Part shown: in pieces, positions 12,019 to 24,709 of the stretch
How the letters are laid out: each line of letters begins with the position of its first letter
Position numbering within the stretch: the stretch's first letter is position 1
DNA from: Cyanophora paradoxa CCMP329
Taxonomy: Eukaryota > Plantae > Glaucophyta
DNA: 64,000 nucleotides
Direction of reading: 5' to 3'
Assembly: GCA_004431415.1 (NCBI GenBank)
Contig: QPMI01000178.1
Span: 1-64,000, forward strand
The notes under the pieces: model-generated
The model's input: the letters and a program-made list of their open reading frames with translations, nothing else
Database searches by the model: none
What the model was told of the DNA's origin: nothing
Translations under genes and position numbers: made by a program

Positions 12019-15000
12019 ATGCAGACCGCCGCGGAGTATCTAGAAGCGCAGCGGGAGCTGTTGCCGATCCCTCAGCTTCCGCCATTCGTGGTGGATCGTG
12101 TGCAGCCGGCCGAGCCTGACCTGCAGCCGCGTACGGATGAGCGAGACGGCGATGAAGAAGAGCGCTCGTCGGAGAACGGAGATGGCACCGCAGAGGACGT
12201 GGGCGGCGCGCAGGCTCTGGATCTGCTCGCGGAGCTGGCGAAGCGCTCGGGCGATCGGGACTGCTGGCGCGCTCGCGGTTGACAGCTTTCGTGCCCTTGC
12301 ATCGCTGATGCGGCTCGCAGGGAGGTCGAGGTCACGCGGCGCTGCTACCGATCGTGGCGGAACCTCGACGGGGTGCTGCGGGTGCCGGTGCTGAAGAAGC
12401 TGCGGCTGCTGGTCGAGGGCCGCGAGTTCCGCACAGGAGTGAACCACGCGAAGCCCCTCGCCCACGTGCGCTGCCGCTTCCTGCTCGGCCGCGCTCCGGG
12501 ACATCGATCCTAGGCCTCCGCGTTGATTCCGGGGCACGCGGCGGGCAGGCCGAGGTCGGCCTCGCGCTGTTCGAGTCGTACCTGCCGCGGGGCTGGCGGC
12601 TGCTGTGGGAGGAGGTCCGCCCGCGCGCTCCCGCGGCCGCTGCCAAACCTCACGCGCACCGTCTGCTGTCGGCGTCAGATGTTCGGCTTCTCGGAGCGGC
12701 ACGCGTGCTGGCGCGACAAGATCCTCCTCTGGTGCTCGCCGGCGCGTTCCTCCCGCGCTCGCGCCCTCTGACCGCGCCGGCAGGGACGTGTGCGACCACG
12801 ACAGCGTGCAGGCGGCAGTGCGGGCGGTCTCGGAGCGCTTCCGCCGACGGCAGGCGGCCGACGCGGCGACGCCGCGCCCGCCGCCGCGCCCGCCCGATGC
12901 CGGCGGAGTGCGCGCGCCGCGGGAGCTCCCGGCCGGGGAGCGGCCAGCTGCGCCGTCCGCCGCCGACGAGTTCACGCTCGAGCTCTCCGCGCTGGGCGCC
13001 ATCGAGAGCCCTCCCGCGGCTCTCCCCGAGGAGCCGGAAGGCGGCGGCGCGGCCCCGCGCGCTGGACCCGCCATCGACCGCGGTGCGCTCCGCCGGCCCG
13101 GCGAGGCGCCGTCGGCGGCGTCTGACGGGCCGGCAGACGTGGCGCTGCTGAAGCGGATCCGGGAGCGCGCGGCGGCGATCGCGCGGGAGGCGCTCGCGGG
13201 GCGGCCCGCCGCTGGGGGCTCCGGCGACGTACCCCCCGGCGAGCGCGCCGAGATCTCGTGCGCCGCGGACCCCTCCTGCCGCCCTGCCGCCTGCGTGTAC
13301 CCCTCACGCCCCCGCCAGGGCGGCGGAGCTGGAGCTGATCTGCGCGGACGGCCCCGTGCTCGCCGTCGGCCGCTCCGGGACGGGCAAGACGAGCTGCGCC
13401 ATCGTCCGGTGCGGCCGGCGCCTCTCGAAGCCGCGTACCCGCCCACCGTCCGCCCCCGCAGGCTGTGGGCGCGCTACCACGCGTACTGGTCGCTGGGGCG
13501 CGGGGCGGCGCTGCTGCCGTCGGGGCACCTGCGGGCCGTCTTCCTCACGAACAACCCCGCCCTCCTCGACGAAGTCCGCCGCCTCTTCTCCCGCCTCGTG
13601 CGCCGCCCCCGCGCCGCCCGCCCGGCGCGCCGCGGCTGAGGGGACGGGGGCGGGCAGGAGGAGGGCCACGCGCTGCTCTCGCGGCCGCTCGAGGGCGAGA
13701 CGCCGCTGCCGCCGCTCGGCCGCTCCGATGCCGAGCTCGCCGACTCGCTCGCCGCCCTCTCCGACGACTCGTACCCCCTCTTCGGTCCGCGCCCCCCCCC
13801 CCCCCCCCTCCCATCTCTTCTTGCCCCCTCCCCCCCTCCCCCCCGTCCCCCCCTCCCCGCCTCGCCTCGCTCGCATCCCGCGGCTGACGGCCGGGGGCAG
13901 TGACGGGCCACAAGTGGCTGCGGCTGGTGGACGGGACGCTGGCGGGGCCGTTCTTCCCGCGGCCGCCCGGAGCGCGGCTGGTGGCGTACGAGCTCTTCGA
14001 GGAGGAGCTCTGGCCCGCCCTCTCCAGGGCCAAGGGCCCCGCCGCCCGCCCGCCCCTGCCCCACCCGACCCTCGTCTGGACCGAGTTCCTCTCGCTCATC
14101 CAGTGCGCCCCGCGAGCTTGGGCGGTGTTCTGAGGGCGCGTCTGACATCGCCCCGTCTGCTCTCAGGGGCAGCGTCGAGAGCCTGGGGTGCGCGGAGGGC
14201 TTTCTGGATCGGGACGCGTACCTGGCGCTGGGGCGCAACCGGTGCTCCCGCCCGGCCGCGCCCAGCCACCTCGGGCGCTTTTCCGCTGACATTTCGGTTT
14301 GCGCGCAGCTCGCGGCTGGACGACGAGCAGAGGCAAGCGATCTACGAGCTCTACGGCGCCTACCGCGACGCCAAGCGCCGCCGCGGCCTCTACGACGTGA
14401 CGGTCCGTTCTCCCTGCGCGCCATCCCGTCTTTGCACGTGCATTGACGCACGCGGCCCGCGGCCAGGACGCGGTGCATCACATCTACCGCGAGGTCGCCG
14501 CGCGGGGATACGGCGGCCCGCCCATCCACGAGATCATCGTCGACGAGGCGAGTCCGCTGCCGTGAGGACCCGGAGCCGGGCTGACGCCCGGCGGCAGGTG
14601 CAAGACTTTACGCTGGCGGAGCTGGCGCTGGCGGCGCTCGTGTGCGGGGACGGCGGCGGCCTCTTCTTCTGCGGCGACACGTGCCAGACCATCGCCCGCG
14701 GCCTCTCGTTCCGCTTCTGCGACCTCCGCTCCCTCTTCCACCTCGAGGCCGCCGGCGCGGGGGCGGCCCGGCGGACGCTGGCCGCGCCCGGGCAGCTGCC
14801 CATCCGGCAGCTCACCCAGGTGCCTGCGGCAGGCGCTCCATTGACAGGCTCGGGCAACGCTGACATTTGGAGGCAGAACTACCGGTCGCACGCGGGCATC
14901 CTGGCGTGCTCCTCCGTCGTGGTCGACATGCTCGAGCTGCTCTTCGACCGCGAGATCGACGTCCTCCAGCGCGACACCGGCGCGAGCCGCTGCGGTCGCA

Positions 15001-18000
15001 TCGTCGAGCGGCCGAGCTCACGCGCGCGCAGGGCTGCGGAGCGGGCCCCCGCCGCTGCTGCTGCCGTACAGCGGCCTGAAGGAGCTCGCAGCGTTTCTCT
15101 TCGGCGACAAGGCGGCCAGTGCACGGCCCGCGGAGCAGCACCTCGGCGCAGACCAGGCCCGCCGATTATCTGGCCATTTATTGTCTATGCTGACGCGGGT
15201 GAAGGTGGTGGTTGTGCGGGGCCAGGGCCGGAAGGAGCGGCTGGGGGACGCGCTGGGGCGCTCGAACGTGCTGACGGTGGAGGAGGTCAAGGGCCTCGAG
15301 TTCGAGGACGTCCTCATGTGCGGCCGCCCGGATCGAAATCGGACCTCCGCCGCTGCTGCCGGCGTGACGCTTGCTTGCAGATTGAACTTCTTCACGGACT
15401 CGCCGGGGCGCGACGAGCGGATGTGGCGCGAGGCCGCTCGGGTGGCGGAGAGCGGCGTGCGCGCGCGGGTGGCGGAGGCCGCTGCGGTTCCGCGAGGCGC
15501 GGCCGTGTCTGTCGATTTCGCATCGCTTGAGCGCGAGGTTTGCCACAGGGATTTGTCTATTATTCCGCGGTCTGATATCCAAGCACGTGCATATGTGCAG
15601 CCGACAGAAGCCGAGCGGAGGGCGAAGCGGAAGGGCGGCTTCGACCCGCACAAGCACCGCCTCGTCGCGACGGAGCTCAAGCACCTCTACACCGCAATCA
15701 CCCGCGCCAAGCGCGCCGTCTGGTGCGCCTCTCAATTCGTTTCGATATTCTTCGTATTCTATCCCAGCTCACGCCTTCAATTTGCTGTCGTAGGCTGTAC
15801 GACGAGGACAGGGCGGTCCGCAGGCCGATCTTCGACCTCTTCGCATCTGTGGGCGTGGCGCAGGTGCGATGCTGTCTCTTTGACTCCTGCCGTTCACCTC
15901 CTTCACATTTCTCGCCGTCATCTCGCAGAGCCTCGATGCGAAGGCGCTGGCGGGCGACCCTCGCGGGAAGGGCTGCTCGCGGATCAGCGAGAGCACGCCT
16001 GCCGAGTGGGAGGCGCGCGGGCGGCAGTTCCTCGAGCGCCGCCTCTTCGACGCCGCGAAACGCGCCTTCGAGAACGCCGGCAGCAAGCGGCTCGCCGCGC
16101 TGGCCGAGGCTGAGATCGAGCTCCAGCGCGCCGCGGCCGCTGGTGCGCACTGACACGAGGGTTCCTGTGTCCTCGACGTCGCTATCTCACTTGCAGCAGG
16201 AACACCGAAAGCGCGCAAAGATCATGCGCGATCCGCTGCCAAGTTGTTCGAGAGTGCTGGGGAGCCGGACAGGGCCAACGAGTGTCGTCAAAGGTGCCAT
16301 TCTATAAATGCACAGAAATACTTTTGTTGCGCATCTCTCTTGAATTTAGAGTCATTGATATTCTTGCAGGTTCGACATTGCAGTGCCACCCTCTGACAAA
16401 GCTGCGATCGCGAGCTCGAGTGGTTCAACGAACCGGGTCCCCGCTGCAGCTGACGCCAGCCAGAGGTGATCATGAGCTGTACTGCCCGTCATTGAAGTCT
16501 AGATTGCTCGGTCATGCAAAACATTCTTGACCTTCACATCGCAGTGTCGGCGACGGATCCGGAGCACGTGCACGGGCCGATCGTAGCGTCGGCGATGATC
16601 ATGAGGCGCGTGCATTGGCCGATCGTGATCGTGATGCACGCGTACGCGCACCGGCCTCAGACAGAAGACTCGCTCCGACGAAGCGGTCGCAAGTCGAAGA
16701 GGCGCTTGATGGTTTCTCGGCTGAGTACCAGCGGCTCCAAAATGGACTGAGCGGAGACTCGTCGCCTGCGGACCTGGAGGCGGGCTGGATCGCGCTCGCG
16801 GGCCGGCGCTCGACTTCGAAGGCGGAAGAGCTGCTCCGTCTAGTCGAAGCGTCGCGGTCCACCATGGCCAACAAGCGTGCTTATGCGGAAATAAGACGCG
16901 CCGCCCTCGAAGAGGTCGCGTTGGCTACGCTCCAAGCGGCGGATTACTTGTTTGACGTCAAGAAGCACATTCAAGCTGAGGAATTCGCTCGCCTGGCCAC
17001 CGAGCGCTCCGATGAAGCTGGCGACGAATTCCAACTGCTCGATGTGCGCATTGCGATAAAACTTTGAGCTCATGATGATCACTGTTATATCACGATAATA
17101 TTCACAATATTAATTGCAACTCGGTTTACTGATTCGCATACACGTGACAGGCATACAAGCTCCTTGCTGCTAGTATAGCCGGAGATGAGGAGAGTACCGA
17201 GCGCCTGGGCGAAGCACTTGCCATGGCGCGAACTTCAAGGGCGCTGATGCCGAAATTTTGGAGGCAGAAAGACATCGAAAACGTCGTCAAGCTGGTGGAT
17301 ATGATCCAGGTGAGATATGACAGTTGGCACAAATATCTGGTTCGCATGCTTTCTGCTGAATTCGGGATCCATTATGCAATTTTTCTCACCCATTTCTGAC
17401 CTCTTGGATGACACGCGCAGTCGGAAGTCAGTGCCTCCAGTCAGCCCGTAAATTGGGACCCGTCGATTCCGGATCGAATGCTCAAAGCCTGCAGACAGTT
17501 CATGGACCGCCTCGCACAACACTCCTCGTCGGCAGCGTTCCGTACGCGCAGGGCAAAGCACATCAACGTCTTGCTCCGGAACGGATACGCGATTCTCATG
17601 GGGGACTACGAAGACCTGGGGAGGTTGAACGCGCGGCTCCGCAGGCCCAAGGATGCACGCGATGCTTTCATGCTGTCCGCGAGTATGGCGCTGCGTCTGT
17701 ACAACATTTTGATCCCAGCGGATTCTGGGGCCCCCGACGCGTTGCAGCAAGCCCAGTTCCTTGCCACTTCAGCCGTCAACAATTCCAGGCTCGGCGACTC
17801 TCCAGACCTCCTAATCACAGTGCGTCAGTTATAATTATGTTTAATTTCCCTTGCAGCTGAGCTTCATCGGGCTGACTCCTGCATCTCGCAGGCACTCACC
17901 ACGCTGTCCAGCATCTTCGAGCTGCAGGAGCGCTACCCGGAGGCTCTGCGCGCCGCGAGGGAGGCCGCCGCGGTCAAGGGCGCGGACGCGGCGGAGGTGG

Positions 18001-20123
18001 CGAGGGCGGGCGAGCTCGCCCGCCGCCTCGAGACGCGGGCCATGATTCGACCCCGCCGCTCCGGCCAGGTCCGTCCCTGCTCGCGAGCTCGAGGCGTTGC
18101 GACCTTCAGCTTTTCTAGTCCATGGATCTCTGACTGTTGCAATCGCGCAGGGCGCGACAAAGCTGCTTGCAGAAAGGGAGTGGGACCCGCCACCGCGAAG
18201 TGCATTCGCCTCGTTCGACGCTGCGCTCGGCGCGTTCAAGGCGGAGCGGGAGCGGCTCGAGAAGGCGGCGGTGGACTGTACGACCGTGGACGAGGAGCTC
18301 GCGAGCGGCTTCCTGGCGCTCGGGACGCAGCGGGTCGACGAGCTGGAGGCGCTGCTGGCGCAGCACGGGCTGCCGGAGGGATCCATCTCCGAGCACGACT
18401 GTCGTATGGAGGTCGCACAGGCGTTGTTCGCTGGCGCCACGCACGCGTGCAACGCCGGGCGCTTCGCCGATGCGGAGGCGCTTTCCAAGCGAAGCGCGGC
18501 GCGGCACATCCTTCTGCGGGATCGGACCTTCGAGCTGAAGCGTATGCCGTTCGGAGATTCGCGTGCGGGCAAGGCGGATCTGGAGATGCAAGAGAGGGTC
18601 GGGGCGAGCTACGAGCTGCTGGCATCGGCGCTTCAGCAGCTGGGGCGGCTCGAAGAGGCCCTCGCGGCCGCGCGCGCAGCGCATGTCATGAGAATGTCGT
18701 CGTCCTCCGCGGACATCGCCTCCAGGTTGGAGGCGGAGTGCGAAGACAAGAAGCGCGGCCTGGTCTGTCGATTTTTGAGACATCATCGCATTAATTCACC
18801 TTATTCCCAACTTGATAATCTGCGCAGGCGAGGCTCTCGCTCCCGGAGCTCATCGAGGAGGAGGAGCGCGCGCACGCGGCGCTGGAGCGGTACAAGCGGG
18901 AGCAGTTGGAAGAGGACCCGCTCCTCGTCCACGGCTTCGCGGCCCTCGCGGAGCTCTTCGAGGCCCTCGCGGGGGCGTACGAGCCGCTCGACGCGGAGCG
19001 CGCGGGCCGCTGCCGCGCGCTGGTCAAGCGTGTCGACGCCATCGCGGACTGCGACGCCGGCGACATCGATCGCGACGTCGACCACGGATTCCCCGGCGTC
19101 CGGGGCGCCTTGCCGCTGCCGTGGCGGCCGCGGACGCCTCCTATGACCATTGAGGAGATACTGGAGGACGCCGATGTGCCGGCGACCCCCGGCATGCTGC
19201 CTATCGTACCACGGAGTGCGCAGCAGCAAACCCTGGATGCGCAAGAGGAAGAGAGACTGAAGGTTGCGAGATACGAAGCGGCGCTTCGCGAGGCGTACGT
19301 GCATGTGCTGCGGGAGAGGCGCGACGTGGAGAGCTCTCTACCTCAGATGAGACGTGGAGCTATTCCTCGGCCGACTGTTGAGGCGGCTCTTCGGAACCTC
19401 GCACGCGAGTCGGGAGCGCTTAGACAAGCACTTGTCGTGGCGTCAATACACGGCGTCGGTGGTCGTCTCGTGGAGCTTTGCAACAAAGAGGTGTCGGACC
19501 TCGTCACGACCTCAGCATCTCTGCGGGAGCTTCTCGCAAGAGATGCGCCAGCAGGCCTCGGCATGCGGTCCATCATGCCGGGGACTTTGGAGCAGCAAGT
19601 CTCGCAGCTGCAGCAGCAGGAGCTGCAGCCGCTGCAGCAGCGGCTGCAGCTGGAGCAGGAGCAGCAGCAGCAGCGGGTGCAACGTCACAGAATTGAAGGA
19701 GCACTTTATGAGGCGTATAAACACGCGCAGCGGGAGAGGCAAGCAGGCTTAAATGGACCTCAAATACTAGACCGGCTTCCGGAAGCAACTTACCAGAAGC
19801 TTTCAGATGCGCGGCGTTCTCTCGCAGCCGCAATAGTAGTAGCAGAACGTACCGACATCAAAGGTCGTTATGTCGAACTCTGCAAGCAGGAGATGAAGGA
19901 ACTTTCTAAACAAATTGAATGCATAGATTACTACGTGCGTGATTCCGCGCGCGCCAAACGGTCCATCCTGGCATTTATTGACGAATTGCTTGCAGCGCGC
20001 TGTTGTGAGAGCTGGATCCATTGGACCTCCATGACTTGGAAAAATTGCGTGCACGGCCCGTGCCATCGGCAGAGTGGTGCCACCGGCCCGCCTGTCCTGC
20101 CTTCTGCAGGCGCTGATCCGTGA
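12019..20123 (+). CDS. TRANK1-like protein: N-terminal RelE-like domain, UvrD-like SF1 helicase, TPR-like/helical C-terminus (multi-exon; 3' end uncertain, ~20034-20123)
   Basis: Spliced motifs: VGRSGTGKTSCAIVRLW (Walker A, ~13365), HLRAVFLTNNPAL, HEIIVDE|VQDFT (Walker B), FFCGDTCQTIARGLSFRF, LTQ|NYRSHAGIL, VLTVEEVKGLEFEDVL, ELKHLYTAITRAKRAVW. The N-terminal WEVEVT...KPLAH...LFESYLPRGWRLLWE...ILLWDVCDH matches my recollection of the pre-helicase region of animal TRANK1. Confidence 0.85.
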
Positions 20124-20362
20124 CGCTAGTGCTCGCAGAGGGGGCGAGCTTGAGCCCGCTCCGCGCCCCGCTGCTCACCGTCCTAACTGCACCCCTGACT
20201 AGTACTCCGGTCTCTCCTCACGCCCGACCATCTTGCCCCGCCCGCCCCCCTCCCTTTTTCCCCCCCCCTCCCCCCCCCCCCCCCCTCCCCCCTTCCGGCG
20301 GGGCCGCCGCCTTCAGATCGGTACCCCCGCTCTTGACACCTATTCTAGTCTAGGTAAAGCAT

Positions 20363-23300
20363 CTAGTCTATTGTACTATGGATCTCGAGTGTACTATGCA
20401 AGTAATTAGATTCGAGGACGTCGACCGCCGCTCCACAACAACAGACTAACAGTCGTCGCCGGGGGCCGCGGGGCCCGGGGGCACGCCGCCCCCCCCTGGG
20501 GGCTCGAACTCGGTTAGAGTGTCCCCCGGCCTGCGCCGGGCGCGTTCGCGTCGGGATCAAATTCGAAGCGGGCGGATGGGGCCAGGACCTGGCGAACCTC
20601 TCTAGATCTCCCCCTCCTCCGGATCCCCTCCCTCCGCCGCCGCCTCCCATATCCCGCATCTCGACAGCCGCTCCGCCGCCGCCGCCGCCGCCGCCCGAGC
20701 GCACTCCGCCGCCGCCGGGCGGCACCGCCGCCTCCTCGGGGCCCTTGGGCCTGCCCTCCGCAGCGCCCGGCCCGCCACGGCCGCCCGCCTCCGCCTCGGC
20801 CTCCGTCTCCGCCTCCGCCTCCGCCTCGTCGCGGGCGAGCGGGCGGGGCTCGGGCCCGTCCCCGCCGCCTCTGCAGTCCTCGCCCGGGTCGCGCCGCTCG
20901 ATGACGGGCCGCAGGAGCGCGATCAGCGCCGGGCAGGCGAGCGAGAGCGCCGCGACGGCCGCCCACATCCCCCGCGAGCTGCGCGGCCCGCCCTGCAAGC
21001 GCCCGCCCGCCCGCGTCGCGTCGCGTCGCGTCGCGTCGCGTCGATAGGCGCGGCGCGAGGCGCACGGCGGGGCAGAGGGCGTCCAACAGAAGGCCCGAGA
21101 CGGTCCCCGCGAGGAGCTGCCGCCCGGGTTCGAGTCCCGCCGGCGCCGGTTCGGGGGGCGGGAGAGGAAGCCGGGTACGCGCACCTTGGAGCCGTAGAGG
21201 GGGAAAATGGCGAGCGAGGCGTAGACGCCCTGCGGTTCAGGCTCAGGCTCAGGCTCAAGATCAGACTCAGGTGAGACGGGAGGGCCGCGGACGCGCGCTC
21301 GGAGGGAAGGGGAGCACCTCGCGGCCGGGCGGGGCGAGGGAAACGGCGTACTCGTAGAGGCGCGGCGCCCACGTCGCCTCCCCCGCAGCGAGGACCACGA
21401 CGAACACTGACGTACCCCTAAGAAGGATCCGGTGGGGTACGGCGTCAGTGCGGGGGTACGCACGGACGGCGGTGGCGGGGTACGGCCCCACGACGAGGAA
21501 GAGGGGAGCCGCGGCGGTGACGAACGAGCCGGCGACGATGCTGCGGAGGGGGGGGGGTACAAGCTTAGAAAGTGGCGCCAGCGGCGGCGAGGAAGGGGGC
21601 CGGGCCGGGCCCACCTCTGGAATGGGGTGGATCGGCTGTGGTAGAAGGCGCCGATGAGGGGTACGAGGCAGACGATCATGTGCGGGGGCGACGGTCGAGG
21701 GGCGGCAGACGGGGGGCGTGCGGGGCGCGGGACGCGGGCGGGCGCGGGTTCGAATCGCGGCGGGAATGTAATCTCAAAGGATATGATCGGGTCGAGGGAT
21801 ATGACGGTGCCGTAGGGAAAGCCGGCGCCGATCTCGCGCGTCGCGTACTTCGGGAAGGTCGTGTCTGGTCGCGCCGCGCGCGTACCCCCGTGAGCAGGGG
21901 GGGTACGCGAATTCGAAGCGCGGGGAGGGGCGCGCGCACCGAGGTGGCGGATGACGGAGCGGACTCCGGTGAGGAGGGCGATCAGGAGCGCGAAGCGCCA
22001 GAAGCTGAGGCGGCGCGGGCGTCGGCGTCGACGCCGGCGGGTCGGAGTGCGCCGGCGGGTCGGCGGGAAAATGGCACCGGCGAGAGTGGACGAGCTGCCT
22101 CGCGAGGGCCAGCGGGCTCTCCCGCGGCTGCTCCGACTCGACCGCCTCCCCCGTCTTCTCGTCCACCTGCGCGCCGGCCCCGGTTCGAATCCGGGCGGGC
22201 CGGCGGGCTTCCGCCGCTGCGGCGGGCACGCGCCGTGATCTCTCGGAGGAGGAGGGCGGCGATCTGCCGGGGAGAACGACACGGAGAACGACGGTCAGTC
22301 GTGTACAGTGCCGATTAGGGGGAGGGGGGTACGCGCCGAGAAGGCGAACGCGGTGGCGGCCGCAGAGGATAGGACGAGCGCGCGCGTCTCCGAGAGGAGC
22401 GGTCCCGGCGTGACGTCAAACACCGAGACCTGGGGAAGGGGTACGGAGTTCAGTCGGGGGGTACGGCCGGCACGGAGGGGTACGGACCACCCACGTTGCG
22501 ACGGGGCCGGCGGCGCCGATTGCGACGGCTGCAGCTTTGTCGGCGACGCCTGCGGCGAAAGAGCCGGGTCAAGGGTACATGGGAGTGCGCGAGGGTACGC
22601 GGAAGCACCTTGCAAGAGGTCCTCTAGGGTCGTGTTGCCCTGCAGGAGGCCAGCGAGGGTCTGTGGGGGGTATCGGAACGGATGTTCTGCGCGGGCAAGG
22701 GGCCCGGGGGGTACAGCGCACGGAGAGGGGTACGGTGCTGTTCCCGTCAAAGCCGCGGGCGGCGGCCGACGCGGCGAGCTGCGCCGCCCGCTAAGCGATG
22801 GTGGGGGGGGTACAGGCGGGCGCGCCTGCGTCGCGTTGCCGGCGGAAGAGACGGCGCCTTCGACTGCCGAGCGAAGCGCGGCGGCCGCCTGGTCCAGGCT
22901 CCCCCCCGCGGCCGCCTGCGCCGCCGAGGCCAGCGCCGCCAGCGCCTGCCCCCCGCCGCCTCACCGCCTCCGCCCCGCCGCCGCCCCGCCGCCGCCCCGC
23001 GCTCGCGCCCGCGGCCACCCCCGCAGCGCCCGCGGCGACCGCGGCCGCCGCGTCGGTCACCGCCGCCGTGCCGGCGCTCAGCGTCTCGCCCATCCGCTGC
23101 GGGGGCGGGGGGTACGCCGTCCTGAACGCGTCTACCATCACCCCCGCCAGGAACGCCCTACCCCGGGAACCGTCAAGAGACGGAGGAAAGGGATGCGTCG
23201 GGGGGGGGTACAATTCACGCCGATCGCGTACCCCAGGTTCAGGGTGACAAAGAAGAGGGAGTACGCAACAGCGCGGTTTGACTCAGTCGTGTAGCGCTTG

Positions 23301-24215
23301 ACGGCTGTACCCCGGGCAGAGGGTGAAGGGGGCTACCGGCAGTGCGAAGCGGGGGTACGGGGCCGCTCACCGAGGGTGAGGACGGGGATGCCGAAGGCGC
23401 AGCCGAGGGGTAGGAGGACGAAGACGACGGAGTAGAGTATACCCCGGCCGGAGCAAAAGGCGAGGGCGAGGCGGGCCGAGGTCAGGAAAACGCCGCCGGC
23501 GAGCAGGGAGCGCCGGACGCCGAGCTTGTCGACGGCCTGCGCAGGGCCAAGCGTACGTGTCTGCGGCGGGCCCGGGGAGGGAAGGGCGGACGGGTTGCGA
23601 GGGGCCGCGCTCGCCACGCCGACACAGAGGGAGAACGCGGCGTAGACGAGCCCGTAGAAGCCTGCCGAGAAGGCGGCGCTCGCGTCGGCGAGGCCGCGCG
23701 GCGCGCGGAGCGGCCCGCGGACCGTAGATGAGGCCCGCGGCGGTGTCGCTGAAGCCGAACTCGTCACTGAGGTACAGCACGAAGACGTACGAGAGCGCTG
23801 CGCCGGCGGCGCGGTCGGCGGTCGGCGGTCGGCGGCGCCGGCCGCGGCCGGCGCGGCCGGGCGGCGCGGGTCGGCGGAGGCGCACCGAAGAAGCTGTAGC
23901 TCTCGAATATAGTCAGCGAGTACGCTACCCACAGCTCGCGGGGCGCCGGCGCGAGGGCTGCCAGCTGACTTCCGAACTCTTTCAGCCGCGCCCAGCACCA
24001 CCGCCAGAACCAGCCGCAGAAGCGGGCGCAGCCATCGGCGTCGGATCGCCCGCCGCCGCCAGCGTCGAAGCCCTTGTAGCCGGCCTGATTGGAGCCCGCG
24101 CCGCGGCCTCCGACTACCCACAGCGTTAGTTCGGAAATCCGTGGGCGGAGTGCTCGCAGTACGTTGCACCGTCAGAGTGCGATGCCGTGGCCAGCGGCAC
24201 CGCCTCCAGCTCCAT
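20363..24215 (-). CDS. MFS transporter (POT/PTR-like), multi-exon; 3' end approximate
   Basis: Spliced: LSYVFVLYLSDEFGFSDTAAGLIYG..FYGLVYAAFSLCVG..AVDKLGVRRSLLAGG (MFS motif A), GIPVLTL, AVKRYTTESNRAVAYSLFFVTLNLG, RHLDTTFPKYATREIG, YGTVISLDPII. ATG at 24215. Confidence 0.8.
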
Positions 24216-24709
24216 TGGCGCCGGCCGCGGCGCGCCCTAGCTCCTTCTAACGCTGTACCCCTCGGCCGATCGATCTAAAGCGCCAAAACGCTGCGCTACA
24301 GCTGCAGCCCCACATCGTAGACTCGCATCTTGCACATTGGCGCTGATTTCGACTGCTGAACGAAGTTAGTACGCGGATGCGCGGATCGAGGATGCGCGGC
24401 TCATGACACGAGCCAGCACGCAACAGCCGCCGATCAGCGACGCAGCATTTTCGCCGTCGGAGGCAGCTCCGGTGGATACGGACCTCGATTCTTTACAGCA
24501 GCAGATCGCAGTCGCTAAGCAAGGTCCGCGGCACGCTCAGAGGCCCCACGCACGTCCTCTGGACCGTTTCTCATAGCTTTACCGATGCCCGCCCTCGCCA
24601 TGGGCGCCGCGGATCTGTACCGCCTCCCGGCCTGCAGAGGGACTGCGCCTTCGCCTCCGCCCGTTCCCGAGCCTCCTAGGGCTCTGTAACTCATATCGAG
24701 CTCGACTAG

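Noticed and set aside
22285-22790. Mobile-element insertion in the MFS gene
   Set aside because: It resolves into short exons (e.g. TLAGLLQGNTTLEDLLQ, VSVFDVTPGPLLSETRALVL) separated by GTACCCC-rich introns.
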